A stretch of 64,000 nucleotides of DNA from an uncultured Verrucomicrobiae bacterium (GTDB lineage: Bacteria; Verrucomicrobiota; Verrucomicrobiia; Chthoniobacterales; JAFAMB01): positions 832,001-896,000 of the forward strand of contig CAWAIK010000001.1 in the NCBI GenBank assembly GCA_963782115.1. Reading direction: 5' to 3'. The translations under genes were made by a program, and so were the position numbers. Below are positions 50,511 through 60,423 of the stretch, one piece after another (positions within the stretch are counted from its first letter, which is position 1; the number at the start of each line of letters is the position of its first letter). The notes below the pieces were generated by a model that saw only the letters and a program-made list of their open reading frames with translations, did no database searches and was not told the DNA's origin.

Positions 50511-51325
50511 GCCGCTGAGTCATCCAGATGTTTCCGGTCAAATCGGTCGATCGTGTCGAGAATAACGTCCGCCATCAATGGTTCCGAACCGATCGCGCTG
50601 GCATAATAAAGTGTCCGGCCGTCCAGATGATATGGATTGCGGCGGAAAACTTCTTGCTGACTAGCAGCGGCAGTCGGTACGGACTCGATGCCGAGTAGAA
50701 CAGGGATATCCTGGTAGCTGTGCAAGCCATCGGCGATGAAAAATGGCACCACCACGATATTCGATTGAAAGGTGTTTTTGCGCCACTCCGCAATGAATGG
50801 CGCTTCCTCCATGTAGGCCTCGGAAACTTCGGCATATAACCCTTTTGCCCTGATGGCCCTGGCTTGGCATTGGGCAGCTTCGGCGGACTTCTCGTTCAGG
50901 CTCGTACCGTGACCGACGATCAAAAGACTTGTGTTCTCAGGCGGAACATTGGGCGCCACTTCTCGCGCCCGGTGAAGCAACAGGTCGACCATACGCGGAT
51001 CGTTTCCCACCGGCTCGCAATATTTAATAATTTTCCCTGATCGATGGGTGACCGGTCCGACAAGTTCAAGTTCTCTCGGAATGACTACCTCGGTGAAGTA
51101 ACCTTCGCTAATAAAGTTTGGCACGACGTAAATATCATCGCCCTCGACCATTCGCAGGACCTCTCGAAGGCTTGGTTCCTCTTTCCAGAAGCTGCAATAG
51201 ACTTCCGCGAAGAGCCCGCGCCGAACGATCTCGTCCGCATGCTGGAAGGTTGGCGCACTCGAGTCGGGATTCAGAGTGGAGCCATGACCTACCAATACGA
51301 GGGAGCTCTTCCATTTGTTAGGCAT
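50507..51325 (-). CDS. CbiX/SirB-like chelatase domain protein
   Basis: Two repeats of LVGHGS/HGT, FWKEEP, VPNFISEGYF and VPFFIADGLH. Confidence 0.85.
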   Translation of the reverse strand: MPNKWKSSLVLVGHGSTLNPDSSAPTFQHADEIVRRGLFAEVYCSFWKEEPSLREVLRMVEGDDIYVVPNFISEGYFTEVVIPRELELVGPVTHRSGKIIKYCEPVGNDPRMVDLLLHRAREVAPNVPPENTSLLIVGHGTSLNEKSAEAAQCQARAIRAKGLYAEVSEAYMEEAPFIAEWRKNTFQSNIVVVPFFIADGLHSYQDIPVLLGIESVPTAAASQQEVFRRNPYHLDGRTLYYASAIGSEPLMADVILDTIDRFDRKHLDDSAA

Positions 51326-51502
51326 GTTTCTAAATTGGATGCCTCGCCCGAGTTCCTCAAATGGAATTCGCGCCCTGTGTTGCCAATTCGTTAACGCGAG
51401 GTATCTCTCCAAAACCAGTGACGGCGCCGGCGGAAGTCGTTTGACCCGTCGTGTTGCCGTCGGCGATGGATGCGCGTTGAGCTCAATATTTCCGTGGATC
51501 GG

Positions 51503-51880
51503 TCAGGAGATAAGAACATTGGCATCGCGATCCTGATGGCTAGAGAACGCAGGCGTGTCCGATTTAAAGGTCACCTCTGCGGTCTCTGTGTCGAGTGTGA
51601 ACAGCATTTCCCCGGTCTGGCGCTCCATCCTTGGCTCCGTATCAAGACCGTTTCTGCGCTCCTCGGAAAACTCGACATTGAATCTGCCGTTCCATAGTTT
51701 CCCGGTCCGGTTTGTAAGTTCCACCATCCAGATATCTGGAATGCGGCTGGCGGAACGGTACCCGCCGTTTGTGCACAGCTGGTCCAACGGCAGTAGCCTT
51801 TCGTTTTCGATGAATGATGCGGTAAGCCAGTCTTCCAGATCGGCCTCTTCAAGATATTCCAGGATTTCAGGTATGATCAT
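51503..51880 (-). CDS. Hypothetical protein
   Basis: Open frame with protein-like composition filling the gap. No motif recognised. Confidence 0.55.
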   Translation of the reverse strand: MIIPEILEYLEEADLEDWLTASFIENERLLPLDQLCTNGGYRSASRIPDIWMVELTNRTGKLWNGRFNVEFSEERRNGLDTEPRMERQTGEMLFTLDTETAEVTFKSDTPAFSSHQDRDANVLIS

Positions 51881-52083
51881 TGGTGCAGAGAGTTTTTCCG
51901 GCCGGCACCGGCGCGCCAATTCGGCCAGCACGGCTGCTTAGCCGGGCAGTGTATCTCACTCCAACATAATTGCCATAACCTGACCGGATTATTTTCTATG
52001 TTTTTTCCAGCGACGATAAGGCATTGAACCGGAGCCTTTGCACGATGCTCCCGCTGTCACAACTGGCTTCGCTATCGACAACG

Positions 52084-52812
52084 TTAAAACAGCCTGGTAG
52101 TCGCCGGGTCCGGCAGTCCCCAGGCTTTGCAGTGAGTGAGGTACTCCGACTGGGGAAGGCAGACGTAGGCAGGATTCCCGCTGGTTCTCAGCCAGCGGAT
52201 TATTTCGACCAAATCTGACTCAGCCATCGTAGTGCATCCAGCCGAAGGGCGTTTTGGTCCGCGCCGAATGTGAAAAAAGATTGCGCTTCCATATCCCGGC
52301 AGAGGCGGATCGGCATTGTGGCGGATTTCGACGAGCCAGCGATACGCAAAGTCACCACGGCGCATTTTTTGTTTTTCGAACCAGCGCGGCGGATTTTTCG
52401 GGTCCACGGTCACGTGTTCGTTGTATTGAGGACTATCAATGTCGTCTATCCAGGCATCGCCTTCTCCGACGGTGTGGAATGGGTAGTTTGCCCCCGCCGG
52501 CAACGATCGATCGTAGGTGTAGATCATCCCAATCCGGAAGACGCCCGCGGGAGCCCGATGATCATGTTCCGTCTTCATCGGACCTTGATCTTGTCCGTTG
52601 ATCAGACCTCTTCCCCAAGCCAGCCCGGATTTGCCGAAAAGCACCGGAACCGGTGGACCGGCGGCGCGCCATCCTTCCGGGGTTTTATCGAATCGCTGGA
52701 GTTGCCCTTCCATGCTGTTCCAGCTTGGCGCAATTCCGATGATCAGTTGGGTGATCAAAGGGCTCAGGCGATCTTCCGCACGGGAAGAGATTGGGAGAAG
52801 TAGAAGCAGCAC
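52084..52812 (-). CDS. L,D-transpeptidase (YkuD-like) family protein, start uncertain
   Basis: GKSGLAWG, RAPAGVF and SAIFFH...SAGC His/Cys motif. The only nearby in-frame start is GTG 52812. Confidence 0.8.
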   Translation of the reverse strand: MLLLLLPISSRAEDRLSPLITQLIIGIAPSWNSMEGQLQRFDKTPEGWRAAGPPVPVLFGKSGLAWGRGLINGQDQGPMKTEHDHRAPAGVFRIGMIYTYDRSLPAGANYPFHTVGEGDAWIDDIDSPQYNEHVTVDPKNPPRWFEKQKMRRGDFAYRWLVEIRHNADPPLPGYGSAIFFHIRRGPKRPSAGCTTMAESDLVEIIRWLRTSGNPAYVCLPQSEYLTHCKAWGLPDPATTRLF

Positions 52813-52850
52813 ACAGAGTCTGAGGAGAGATTGGGAGTGCTTCCTGCCAG

Positions 52851-52882
52851 CGTATCGGCGTATCGGCGCGTCGGCGTATCGG
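52851..52882 (+). repeat. Octamer tandem tract CGTATCGG x4
   Basis: cgtatcgg cgtatcgg cgcgtcgg cgtatcgg. Confidence 0.9.
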
Positions 52883-52961
52883 CGAACCTGAATATGGGTG
52901 GGACGTTGCAAGCGGCGCTCTTCTCCCTTATTTTGCGGAATTTGAAGGCCATCGATTCCGT

Positions 52962-53372
52962 TCAGGGCAAAAATCTCGTTCTCTCTTCTGCAGTGGGCAG
53001 CCGGCAGGAATCGCGTTTTCCCCAGATCCGGTATCTTGTGGCGGCAATCAATCGATAAACAGCGTCGCCGAGTGGTGCGGGTATTTTTTTCCCGATCCGC
53101 GCCAGCCAACGGTATCTTGGCAGGTTGTCTAGGATGTAAAGAAAAGCCGCGCTTCTTTGAAGCAATATTTCCTTCTCCGGACCACGTTTAAGGACAAAAA
53201 TGGAGTTGGCATTCAGCGTTTCAGGATGGTCACGCGCGATTCGCCGAAACGTTTCGCCTTGCAAGGGTGAATAGAGGAAGGTTCGTTCGCGATCCTCCCG
53301 AAGCACAAAGTCGACCGTTCGATTACACAAACCGCAAACTCCGTCGAAGAAAATTATATTTTGTTCGCCCAT
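52962..53372 (-). CDS. DCC1-like thiol-disulfide oxidoreductase (DUF393)
   Basis: FFDGVCGLCN and YRLIAATRYRIWG. Confidence 0.9.
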   Translation of the reverse strand: MGEQNIIFFDGVCGLCNRTVDFVLREDRERTFLYSPLQGETFRRIARDHPETLNANSIFVLKRGPEKEILLQRSAAFLYILDNLPRYRWLARIGKKIPAPLGDAVYRLIAATRYRIWGKRDSCRLPTAEERTRFLP

Positions 53373-53480
53373 CGAGCATTGCGGATCCGATCAGTCTGCG
53401 GGACTAATGAGATCCAGGTACGATTCTGCTGTCATCGGTTAGGGTTTGCAACCTAACGCGCCATCCGTTAAACGAACAAA

Positions 53481-54086
53481 ATGAATTTTCGTGTTACGGT
53501 CTGTGTCGCTGCGATGGTCGCACTCGCAGGCTGTTCCTCTTCGAGTGGCGTCTACCGATGGGTTCCCTTCGTGGGAAGCGGTAAAAACAATCAGTCTCAG
53601 ACTGCCAAAACGAAAGTGGACCGGTACAATCCATTCGGTCCGATTGCCGGGCCGGTTTATTACGGACTGGAGATGCGGGTGAAAGTCAATCCGGACGTGA
53701 TTAGACTCTCCGACACCCGGTCTCTGGAGGTGCACCTGCAACTGATCAATCGGTCGAAAAAACCGATAAACCTGTTGTTCAACGACAGCCGGAAATACGA
53801 TTTCATCCTTCGAGATATCAGCGGCAAAAAACTTGCCCAATGGTCGGACGATCAACCGGTCAATCAGACGCCGGGTTACGTCATTATCAATCCGTCCGAG
53901 CGGGCGGAATTTGTCGGAAATGTTTCGACACGCGATATGGTTGCCGGACGGACCTACACTCTCGAGTCAATGGTCGTCGGTTATGACAAGATGCGCCAAG
54001 TCATCCAGTTGACGCCCACAGGAGAACGAGTGGTTCCCCCTCCCCAGCGTCCACCGGCCGCGCAGCATCCTCCTCCCGCGCATTAA
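53481..54086 (+). CDS. Lipoprotein with BsuPI-like Ig domain
   Basis: Lipobox LAGC, and LLFNDSRKYDFIL...WSDDQ. Confidence 0.65.
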   Translation: MNFRVTVCVAAMVALAGCSSSSGVYRWVPFVGSGKNNQSQTAKTKVDRYNPFGPIAGPVYYGLEMRVKVNPDVIRLSDTRSLEVHLQLINRSKKPINLLFNDSRKYDFILRDISGKKLAQWSDDQPVNQTPGYVIINPSERAEFVGNVSTRDMVAGRTYTLESMVVGYDKMRQVIQLTPTGERVVPPPQRPPAAQHPPPAH

Positions 54087-54110
54087 GCCCACGGACTGGA
54101 GACAAGAGGT

Positions 54111-54139
54111 AAACCGCAGATTAGACAGATTCCGCAGAC
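54111..54139 (+). repeat. Short CAGATT-core (about 9-bp period) tract
   Basis: aaaccgcagattagacagattccgcagac between convergent genes. Confidence 0.5.
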
Positions 54140-54161
54140 GATTGGCTTGTGAGATTTTCGG

Positions 54162-54917
54162 CTATCTTCGTTGCCAGACTGTCGCTTGCGCGACACTCCA
54201 CTGAAACTTTCGTGCATGTTCACGGATCAGAAATGGAAGATCCTTCGTCAATCTGTGATCGAAAGCGCCGAACAACGTCTCTCTTAGTCCGTCGAGAGTC
54301 AGCGCCGCGTTCCCTCCGGGGCCGTACCGGCCTCCGAGCCAAGCGGATTTCGGCGTAAATTCCTCCAACCAGGTATAGGGAGAAGAAAGAATCAGGTGCC
54401 CGCCGGGTTGGACTAGGCCGGAAAACGAATTCAGCAAATGTCGTGGTGCTTTGACCCGATCAATCAGGTTTGCTGCCAGCACCACGTCAAACTGACCAAT
54501 ATTCATTGGCAATTCAGTCGCATCGCCAATCTCGAATCGGCATCGTTCACGGTGCAGATCGAGTGGCAATTCTCTTGTGAATTGAGTAACCAGTTCGCCC
54601 TCTTCCAGTCGCCTGATTTCGGTTCGTCCGGTCTCCCGCACACGGTTTGCCGCAGCGATAAAACGGTGGGACAAATCGATCCCAACGACCTCCAGCGCCC
54701 AACGCGACAGTTCAAATGTGGACCGCCCGACAGCGCAGCCCAAATCCAATGCACGTTCGACGACGCCGATGGCCGGCAGGAAATCGCTCACGCAGCGAAT
54801 AGGGTAAAACAACGCGTCCTGTGGACCAAACTGGTAGGGCAATTGATCCTCCGCCGTTCCATAATGGAACAGGAGATACTGATCCACCAGGAGATCGCTC
54901 TCGTAGACATTGGTCAT
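54162..54917 (-). CDS. OvoA C-terminal-like (putative mercaptohistidine N-) methyltransferase
   Basis: YESDLLVDQYLLFHYG, LDLGCAVGRSTFEL, ANLIDR, SPYTWLEEFTP and PFLIREHARKFQ. Confidence 0.82.
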   Translation of the reverse strand: MTNVYESDLLVDQYLLFHYGTAEDQLPYQFGPQDALFYPIRCVSDFLPAIGVVERALDLGCAVGRSTFELSRWALEVVGIDLSHRFIAAANRVRETGRTEIRRLEEGELVTQFTRELPLDLHRERCRFEIGDATELPMNIGQFDVVLAANLIDRVKAPRHLLNSFSGLVQPGGHLILSSPYTWLEEFTPKSAWLGGRYGPGGNAALTLDGLRETLFGAFDHRLTKDLPFLIREHARKFQWSVAQATVWQRR

Positions 54918-54964
54918 AGCCCGCAATGAGCCCGTCGCTTCGGCTTTTGAGTGATCCTCGAGGG

Positions 54965-56122
54965 CTAGAGCAGAAGATCCGCCATGTAAGCCGCCGGCTG
55001 GAAATTCTCGATCAGCACTTCCGTCTTTCCGTTTCGGAGCATGCGCACCTGCGGCACATTGATTTCCGGCGTTTTGTGTGGAGCAAACAAGATATCGTCG
55101 TGGGTCGCATTTTTCGTGTCTTTAAATTTGGACGGCGTGAGATGCCCGCCCAAATGATCGCTGCGTCCGGTCGCCACGTGCAACGTGCCCAGCACTTTCT
55201 CGTCTTGAATATCGCGCCCGGAAACGGGCAGTAGCTGTGTGCCGAAGCCGAGTTCGCCTAGTTCACCCGTCGCCGGATCGGATTGGACCTTGCGTTTATG
55301 TTCGTCAATGGTTCGCTGGTTGCCTTTCAGAAGAGTCGAATCAACGATGCGACCTTCTTTCACAGTCATCAGGCCGATTGTGCCATCCTCGAACTTGAGC
55401 GGAAACTGGCCTGAACCGCCGGTTGGCACGTAATAAATTTCGCCGGCCGGCAAATTTGCCACGTCCGGACCGCCGCGACAGAGGCCGTGGCTTTTCTGTG
55501 CTTCTTGCCGGCCGAGGTCGAGATGGAGGCTGAACTTTTCCCTGCCATAGGTGAAGTCGATCTCTACCCACTCAGCGCGAGTCATCCCAAGACGCAACTT
55601 TTCCGCGTCCTGGCTCACTTGATCGTAGTCGACGGCGAGACCGCTATTGAGGATGATCTGATTCAGACCGTGCAGGGTGGCGCCTCTGAAACCATACTTC
55701 TTCGCGAAAGCAGTCAATGGCGCTGTTGCCGAGTAGGTTGAGCAACAAAGAATGAGTTTGTAATTCGGGTAGATGTCTTCCTCGAGACTTAGTTCAGTCC
55801 CATCGACCGCCACCGCGAGATCGGGAAGATTCAGATTGCTGCCGCCGGTGATTTTGTAGGCGAACATTTCCCCGCCTGTCAGACCCAATTCACGCCGGAC
55901 GCCGTTCTTTAGCCCAAGGTAAAAGACCTCGTAGGCGTGCCGCTGAATCGTGAAATCCGGATTCTTCAAAAATCCGAAGTTTTTGATTCTGTGCGGATCT
56001 TCCAGGTCGATCAAGATGGCCACTCGTTCTCCCGCACTCGGGTTGAACACAGTTTTCAACAGGCGGGAAAGGCTGAATGGCGGGAAGGTTTCTGGTACCG
56101 TCAGCTTTGTTTGGGCAATCAT
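54965..56122 (-). CDS. Aminopeptidase T / M29-like metallopeptidase homolog
   Basis: NLPAGEIY, GELGFG and DEKVLGTLHVATG. Confidence 0.65.
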   Translation of the reverse strand: MIAQTKLTVPETFPPFSLSRLLKTVFNPSAGERVAILIDLEDPHRIKNFGFLKNPDFTIQRHAYEVFYLGLKNGVRRELGLTGGEMFAYKITGGSNLNLPDLAVAVDGTELSLEEDIYPNYKLILCCSTYSATAPLTAFAKKYGFRGATLHGLNQIILNSGLAVDYDQVSQDAEKLRLGMTRAEWVEIDFTYGREKFSLHLDLGRQEAQKSHGLCRGGPDVANLPAGEIYYVPTGGSGQFPLKFEDGTIGLMTVKEGRIVDSTLLKGNQRTIDEHKRKVQSDPATGELGELGFGTQLLPVSGRDIQDEKVLGTLHVATGRSDHLGGHLTPSKFKDTKNATHDDILFAPHKTPEINVPQVRMLRNGKTEVLIENFQPAAYMADLLL

Positions 56123-56265
56123 CGGTGGAATTTCGTTCTCGGGCAAGAGTTAGTCAAAGAAACTATGTGCTATACGTTACCGAGCCGGTTACAGACGCAG
56201 GGCCGTCCAAGGCCTGACGATCAAATCATGGCCGCCGAAACTGAACAACGGAGGAGGGTTGTCCG

Positions 56266-56340
56266 TTAGTGTCCTGTCCCCGAAATAGCAGGTAGTTTGT
56301 TGCGATCAAAATGGGCCGCCGGCAAGGCGGTCCGAGGCGG
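56266..56340 (+). mobile_element. Probable truncated MITE left end
   Basis: ttagtgtcctgtccccgaaatag...gccgccggcaaggcg. The terminal motif recurs inverted at 37014-37029 and 24554-24569. Confidence 0.45.
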
Positions 56341-56442
56341 ACTGGCGGTAAAGGGAGCATCCCGCACCAGTTTGACGTTCGTAGGTAGCCCCGATCATAG
56401 CTTGATCGTCATTCGCGCTTCGAGTTAAGTTACGCATCAGAC

Positions 56443-57537
56443 ATGTCTTCGGTTTTTGGTGTTTTGTTTCGAGTGGCAACGTGGGGCGAATCGCACGGGG
56501 GTGGTGTGGGGGCGGTCGTGGATGGATGTCCGCCGCGTATTCCTCTGACCGCGGAGGATATTCAAGTCGATCTCAACAGGCGCAGGCCCGGCCAGAGTGA
56601 GATTGTTTCGCCGCGCGACGAGGAGGACAAATGCCAGATCCTCTCTGGCGTTTTCGAAGGTCTCACTCTCGGGACGCCGATCTCGGTCATGGTCTGGAAC
56701 AAGGACGCGCGTCCGGAAGCCTATCGCGAAATGGAATCCGCGTTTCGGCCGTCTCACGCCGATTACACCTACCAGGTAAAATACGGGATTCGCAACTGGC
56801 AGGGTGGCGGACGCGCTTCTGCGCGGGAAACGATCGGTAGAGTGGCAGCCGCGGCAATCGCCAAGAGGGTATTAAAGAAATATTTTCCTGAATTCGACGT
56901 CGTCGCCTACGTCAAGTCTGTCCATCGAATTGAAGCTGGCGTGGATCCGGCAAACGTGGAATCGGCGGCTGTCGAAGGATCGATTGTCAGATGCCCTGAT
57001 CCTGAAGCGGCAGCACGAATGATTGATCTCATCAAAACGATGCGGAAAGAGGGAAATTCGGTGGGAGGAGTGATTGAATGTGTTGTGCGCGGTGTTCCTC
57101 CGGGCCTCGGCGAACCGGTTTTTGACAAGTTGGAGGCGGACCTGGCGAAAGCGATGCTGAGTCTGCCTGCCACAAAAGGATTCGAGATCGGTTCAGGCTT
57201 TGCCGGGAGTCAGCTCACCGGCGCGGAACACAACGACATCTTCGAAATTCGAGACGGCAAAGTGCGGACCCGGACAAATTTCTCTGGAGGGATTCAAGGT
57301 GGGATCAGCAATGGCGAGAACATCTTTTTTCGGGTGGCTTTCAAACCCACCGCAACGATTCTTCGGCCTCAGCAGACTGTCACCGTATCCGGCGAGTCGA
57401 CTGAACTCGCCGCGCGCGGACGACACGATCCGTGTGTGTTGCCCAGGGCTGTTCCGATGGTTGAAGCGATGGCGTCTCTTGTTTTGTGTGATCATTTCTT
57501 AAGGCAACGGGCCCAGTCGGTGTCTGGTCAAGCCTGA
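56443..57537 (+). CDS. aroC: Chorismate synthase
   Basis: [27 protein letters not shown] and GRHDPCV. Confidence 0.98.
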   Translation: MSSVFGVLFRVATWGESHGGGVGAVVDGCPPRIPLTAEDIQVDLNRRRPGQSEIVSPRDEEDKCQILSGVFEGLTLGTPISVMVWNKDARPEAYREMESAFRPSHADYTYQVKYGIRNWQGGGRASARETIGRVAAAAIAKRVLKKYFPEFDVVAYVKSVHRIEAGVDPANVESAAVEGSIVRCPDPEAAARMIDLIKTMRKEGNSVGGVIECVVRGVPPGLGEPVFDKLEADLAKAMLSLPATKGFEIGSGFAGSQLTGAEHNDIFEIRDGKVRTRTNFSGGIQGGISNGENIFFRVAFKPTATILRPQQTVTVSGESTELAARGRHDPCVLPRAVPMVEAMASLVLCDHFLRQRAQSVSGQA

Positions 57538-57670
57538 TGGGTACGAAACCGTCTTTTCAGCAAAGGTGGTCGGCGATTGCTCGCTTTGGATCGCCTTGAG
57601 TTGCTGCACGATCGCAGCCGAAAAGATCCTGATGTGTGAAAAGGTCAAGAACGGCGAGATCGGAGAATGA
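57533..57670 (+). pseudogene. Degenerate C-terminal fragment paralogous to the 57815-58192 ORF
   Basis: Translates [10 protein letters not shown]...MCEKVKNGEIGE*, compared with PIWFETKVFPA...VCEMVRTGEIAE* in the downstream ORF. Confidence 0.6.
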
Positions 57671-57814
57671 TTACGCCGCCGAATCTATTCGTTTTCGCCG
57701 CCTTTAGCGACACGTTCGCGCGTTGTGTCGCCGTCGGTAACGCGCCGCTTCAATTAGAAGCATCGACATCTACGGCGCCCGATGCTTAGAATTACGCGCA
57801 CTCTCCAAACCAAC

Positions 57815-58192
57815 ATGGAAACCGACCAATCGAAGGGCAAATTCGATCGATGGCGGGAAGACCGTTTCGCGATACTCGAAAACGGCTTGGTGATTTCGTG
57901 TCCGGACATAAAAGCTTGGGCGAAATGGATGGAAGAAAGCTTTGCCAATGGCGAGCATTGGATCGCCAAAGATGAAGTTTGCGGATTCTTGATTTCCACG
58001 GTTTTTCTCGGCATTAATCATCGCTTTTCTGGTCCGCCGATTTGGTTTGAAACCAAGGTTTTCCCCGCGTCATCGGATGGCGAATTTTTGCCGAACCATA
58101 TCAAGCGGTTGGAATGCACGACCAAGATAGGAGCGGTTGCCGGACACGCCGCCGTTTGCGAAATGGTTCGGACCGGCGAAATCGCAGAATGA
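57815..58192 (+). CDS. Hypothetical protein, phage-like STVFLGxxH family
   Basis: ISTVFLGINHRFSGPPIWFETKVF motif, which I recall from phage proteins. Confidence 0.6.
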   Translation: METDQSKGKFDRWREDRFAILENGLVISCPDIKAWAKWMEESFANGEHWIAKDEVCGFLISTVFLGINHRFSGPPIWFETKVFPASSDGEFLPNHIKRLECTTKIGAVAGHAAVCEMVRTGEIAE

Positions 58193-58612
58193 AAGCGGCT
58201 GACCGCCTTCCCGACTTTGTTGAGCCGATGAAAGCGAAGCTTGTCGGTTCCATGCCGGTCGGCGCCTGGATTTACGAAATCAAGTTCGATGGCTACCGCG
58301 CCTTGGTGTTGCGCGGCGGCGGCGAAACGCGAATCCTGTCTCGAAACCGAAAGGACCTGGGCAAGAAATTCACGGAAGTAATAGATTCGATCGCTGCACT
58401 CAAAGTCCAGGATGTCCTAATCGATGGAGAGATCGTTGCGCTGGACGATAAAGGCAGTTCGTCTTTTTCAGTTGCTGCAAGCGTTCGACATGGGCCAGCA
58501 GCGGCCTCCAATCGTTTTCTACGCATTTGACCTGCTCCAGCTCAACGGTAAGGACCTTCGAAAGTTGCCGGTTGAAGATCGCAAGGCGCAGCTGGAGGCC
58601 CTGCTGAAGAAA
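58189..58612 (+). pseudogene. ligD: ATP-dependent DNA ligase (LigD-like) fragment, frameshifted and truncated
   Basis: FVEPMKAKL, YEIKFDGYRAL and DGEIVALD. An extra T at 58464-58468 shifts the frame to QLLQ...FYAFDLLQLNGKDL. Similarity stops at a hexamer tract. Confidence 0.88.
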
Positions 58613-58645
58613 TCGTGCTCGTCCTCGCTCTCGTTATCGTTATCG
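58613..58645 (+). repeat. TCGNNN hexamer tract
   Basis: tcgtgc tcgtcc tcgctc tcgtta tcgtta tcg. Confidence 0.75.
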
Positions 58646-58758
58646 GAGTCTTTTCCAGCGAACATTCGCGCTCCATTGCTAAGGTTTGCTCCTTCCGTGC
58701 TCTCCTCTTGCGGCTCTTTGACGCCGACTGTAGAGATTATGGCTCAGCCGCCTCACGT

Positions 58759-60216
58759 ATGAAGAGTGACTACGTAGCAACGATCGGGCTGGAAGTGCAT
58801 GTCCAGCTGAAAACCAAGAGCAAAATGTTTTGTGGTTGTGCCGTCGAATACGGCTCAGAACCAAATATGCATGTTTGCCCCGTCTGCCTGGGGCTGCCCG
58901 GCGCGTTGCCCGTGATGAACCTGCAGGCGTTGAAGATGACTGCGCTCACGGGCCTGATTTTAAAGTGCGAGTTAGCGCCGATCTGCAAGTTCGACCGCAA
59001 AAATTATTTCTATCCTGACATGCCGAAGAATTATCAGATTTCGCAATATGATGCGCCGCTCTGCCACAGAGGCGAAGTGCCACTCTATGATATGGCCTAT
59101 CCCAAGGACGCGCAGAAGAACATCCGGCATCCGAACAAACGGGTTCGTCTAGTCCGCATCCATTTGGAAGAAGATGTTGCGAAAAGCTTTCACTTCGGAA
59201 CGACGACCGGAATTGATTTCAACCGGGCCGGCACTCCACTCATGGAGATAGTTTCAGAACCAGATATCGAGTCACCTGAAGAAGCGTTCGCGTACCTTGC
59301 CTCGCTCAAACAGGCTTTGATCTATGGCCGTGTCAGCGATGCCGATATGGAGAAAGGGCAGCTGCGTTGCGACTGCAATGTTTCTGTCCGTAAGAAGGAG
59401 GAAACCAGGTTTGGTACCAAGATCGAACTGAAGAATCTTAACTCGATCAGTGGTGTCCGACGAGCCTTGGCCTACGAAATTGATCGCCAAATTGAGGCTC
59501 TGGATCGAGGTCAGACGCTGCAACAAGAGACGCGTCGATGGGACGATGATCTGGGTGAAACCTCTTTGATGCGCACCAAGGAATTTGCGCACGACTATCG
59601 CTATTTTCCTGACCCGGACCTTTTACCGGTGAAAACGGAAGTATTCATGCCGGAAGTCAGAGCTCTCCTTCCAGAGTTGCCTTGGGAGAAACGAGAACGC
59701 TTCGTCCGGGAGTACGGGGTTAGCGAGTACGACGCTGGGGTCCTGGCGGACGATCTTGAGTTATCGGCCTATTTCGAGGCGGCGGCAAAAGGTACGCGCA
59801 AACCCAAAGCGATTGCCAACTACGTTTTGAATGATTTGCTTAGCGCGTTGGGCGCGGCCAATAAGCCGATCGCCGCCTGCCCGATCCCGGCCGAACAGCT
59901 GAACGATCTCGTTGGCCTTGTCGATGATGGGAAAATCAGCAGCAAACAGGGAAAGGAAGTTTTCGCGGAGATGTTCGCCACTGGAAAAGCGCCCGGCATT
60001 ATTGTCGAGGCGAAAGGATTGAAACAGGAGAGCGATATCGGAGCGATTGAATTGCTCTGCATCGAAGTCATCGCTGCCAATCCCAAGTCAGTCGAGGATT
60101 ACAAGGCCGGGAAAGCTGCCGCCATTAATTTCCTGAAAGGGCAGGTCATGAAGCTTTCCAAAGGGAAGGCTAATCCGAATCTGGTCGGCGAGACCCTCAC
60201 GAGACTATTGAGCTGA
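58759..60216 (+). CDS. gatB: Asp/Glu-tRNA amidotransferase subunit B
   Basis: IGLEVHVQL, FDRKNYFYPD, RIHLEED and DYRYFPDPDL. Confidence 0.98.
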   Translation: MKSDYVATIGLEVHVQLKTKSKMFCGCAVEYGSEPNMHVCPVCLGLPGALPVMNLQALKMTALTGLILKCELAPICKFDRKNYFYPDMPKNYQISQYDAPLCHRGEVPLYDMAYPKDAQKNIRHPNKRVRLVRIHLEEDVAKSFHFGTTTGIDFNRAGTPLMEIVSEPDIESPEEAFAYLASLKQALIYGRVSDADMEKGQLRCDCNVSVRKKEETRFGTKIELKNLNSISGVRRALAYEIDRQIEALDRGQTLQQETRRWDDDLGETSLMRTKEFAHDYRYFPDPDLLPVKTEVFMPEVRALLPELPWEKRERFVREYGVSEYDAGVLADDLELSAYFEAAAKGTRKPKAIANYVLNDLLSALGAANKPIAACPIPAEQLNDLVGLVDDGKISSKQGKEVFAEMFATGKAPGIIVEAKGLKQESDIGAIELLCIEVIAANPKSVEDYKAGKAAAINFLKGQVMKLSKGKANPNLVGETLTRLLS

Positions 60217-60423
60217 AGCCGGTAAAGCGGTTGAAAATCCGCTCCGACGACTAAGTACGGTTAGCTAAACGGATGCGATGAAAGTATTGTGATGCCACGC
60301 GATAGAGTTAGAATCTAAAAGGATGGGCGAAGGACGCCTTTGTGGTTGGCTAGAGGCTAGTGTCCGCGGACTCAAGCTATCTGCTCTGCGATCCGCAGGA
60401 GGCGACAATGATCACTTGGCACA

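Noticed and set aside
51960..51975. Possible sigma-54 promoter TGGCAATTATGTTGGA on the minus strand
   Set aside because: Spacing is right but the -12 element is GG rather than GC, which is too weak to call.
58615..58758. N-terminal extension of GatB in the ORF track
   Set aside because: It derives from the hexamer tract and intergenic DNA. Conserved GatB starts at ATG 58759.
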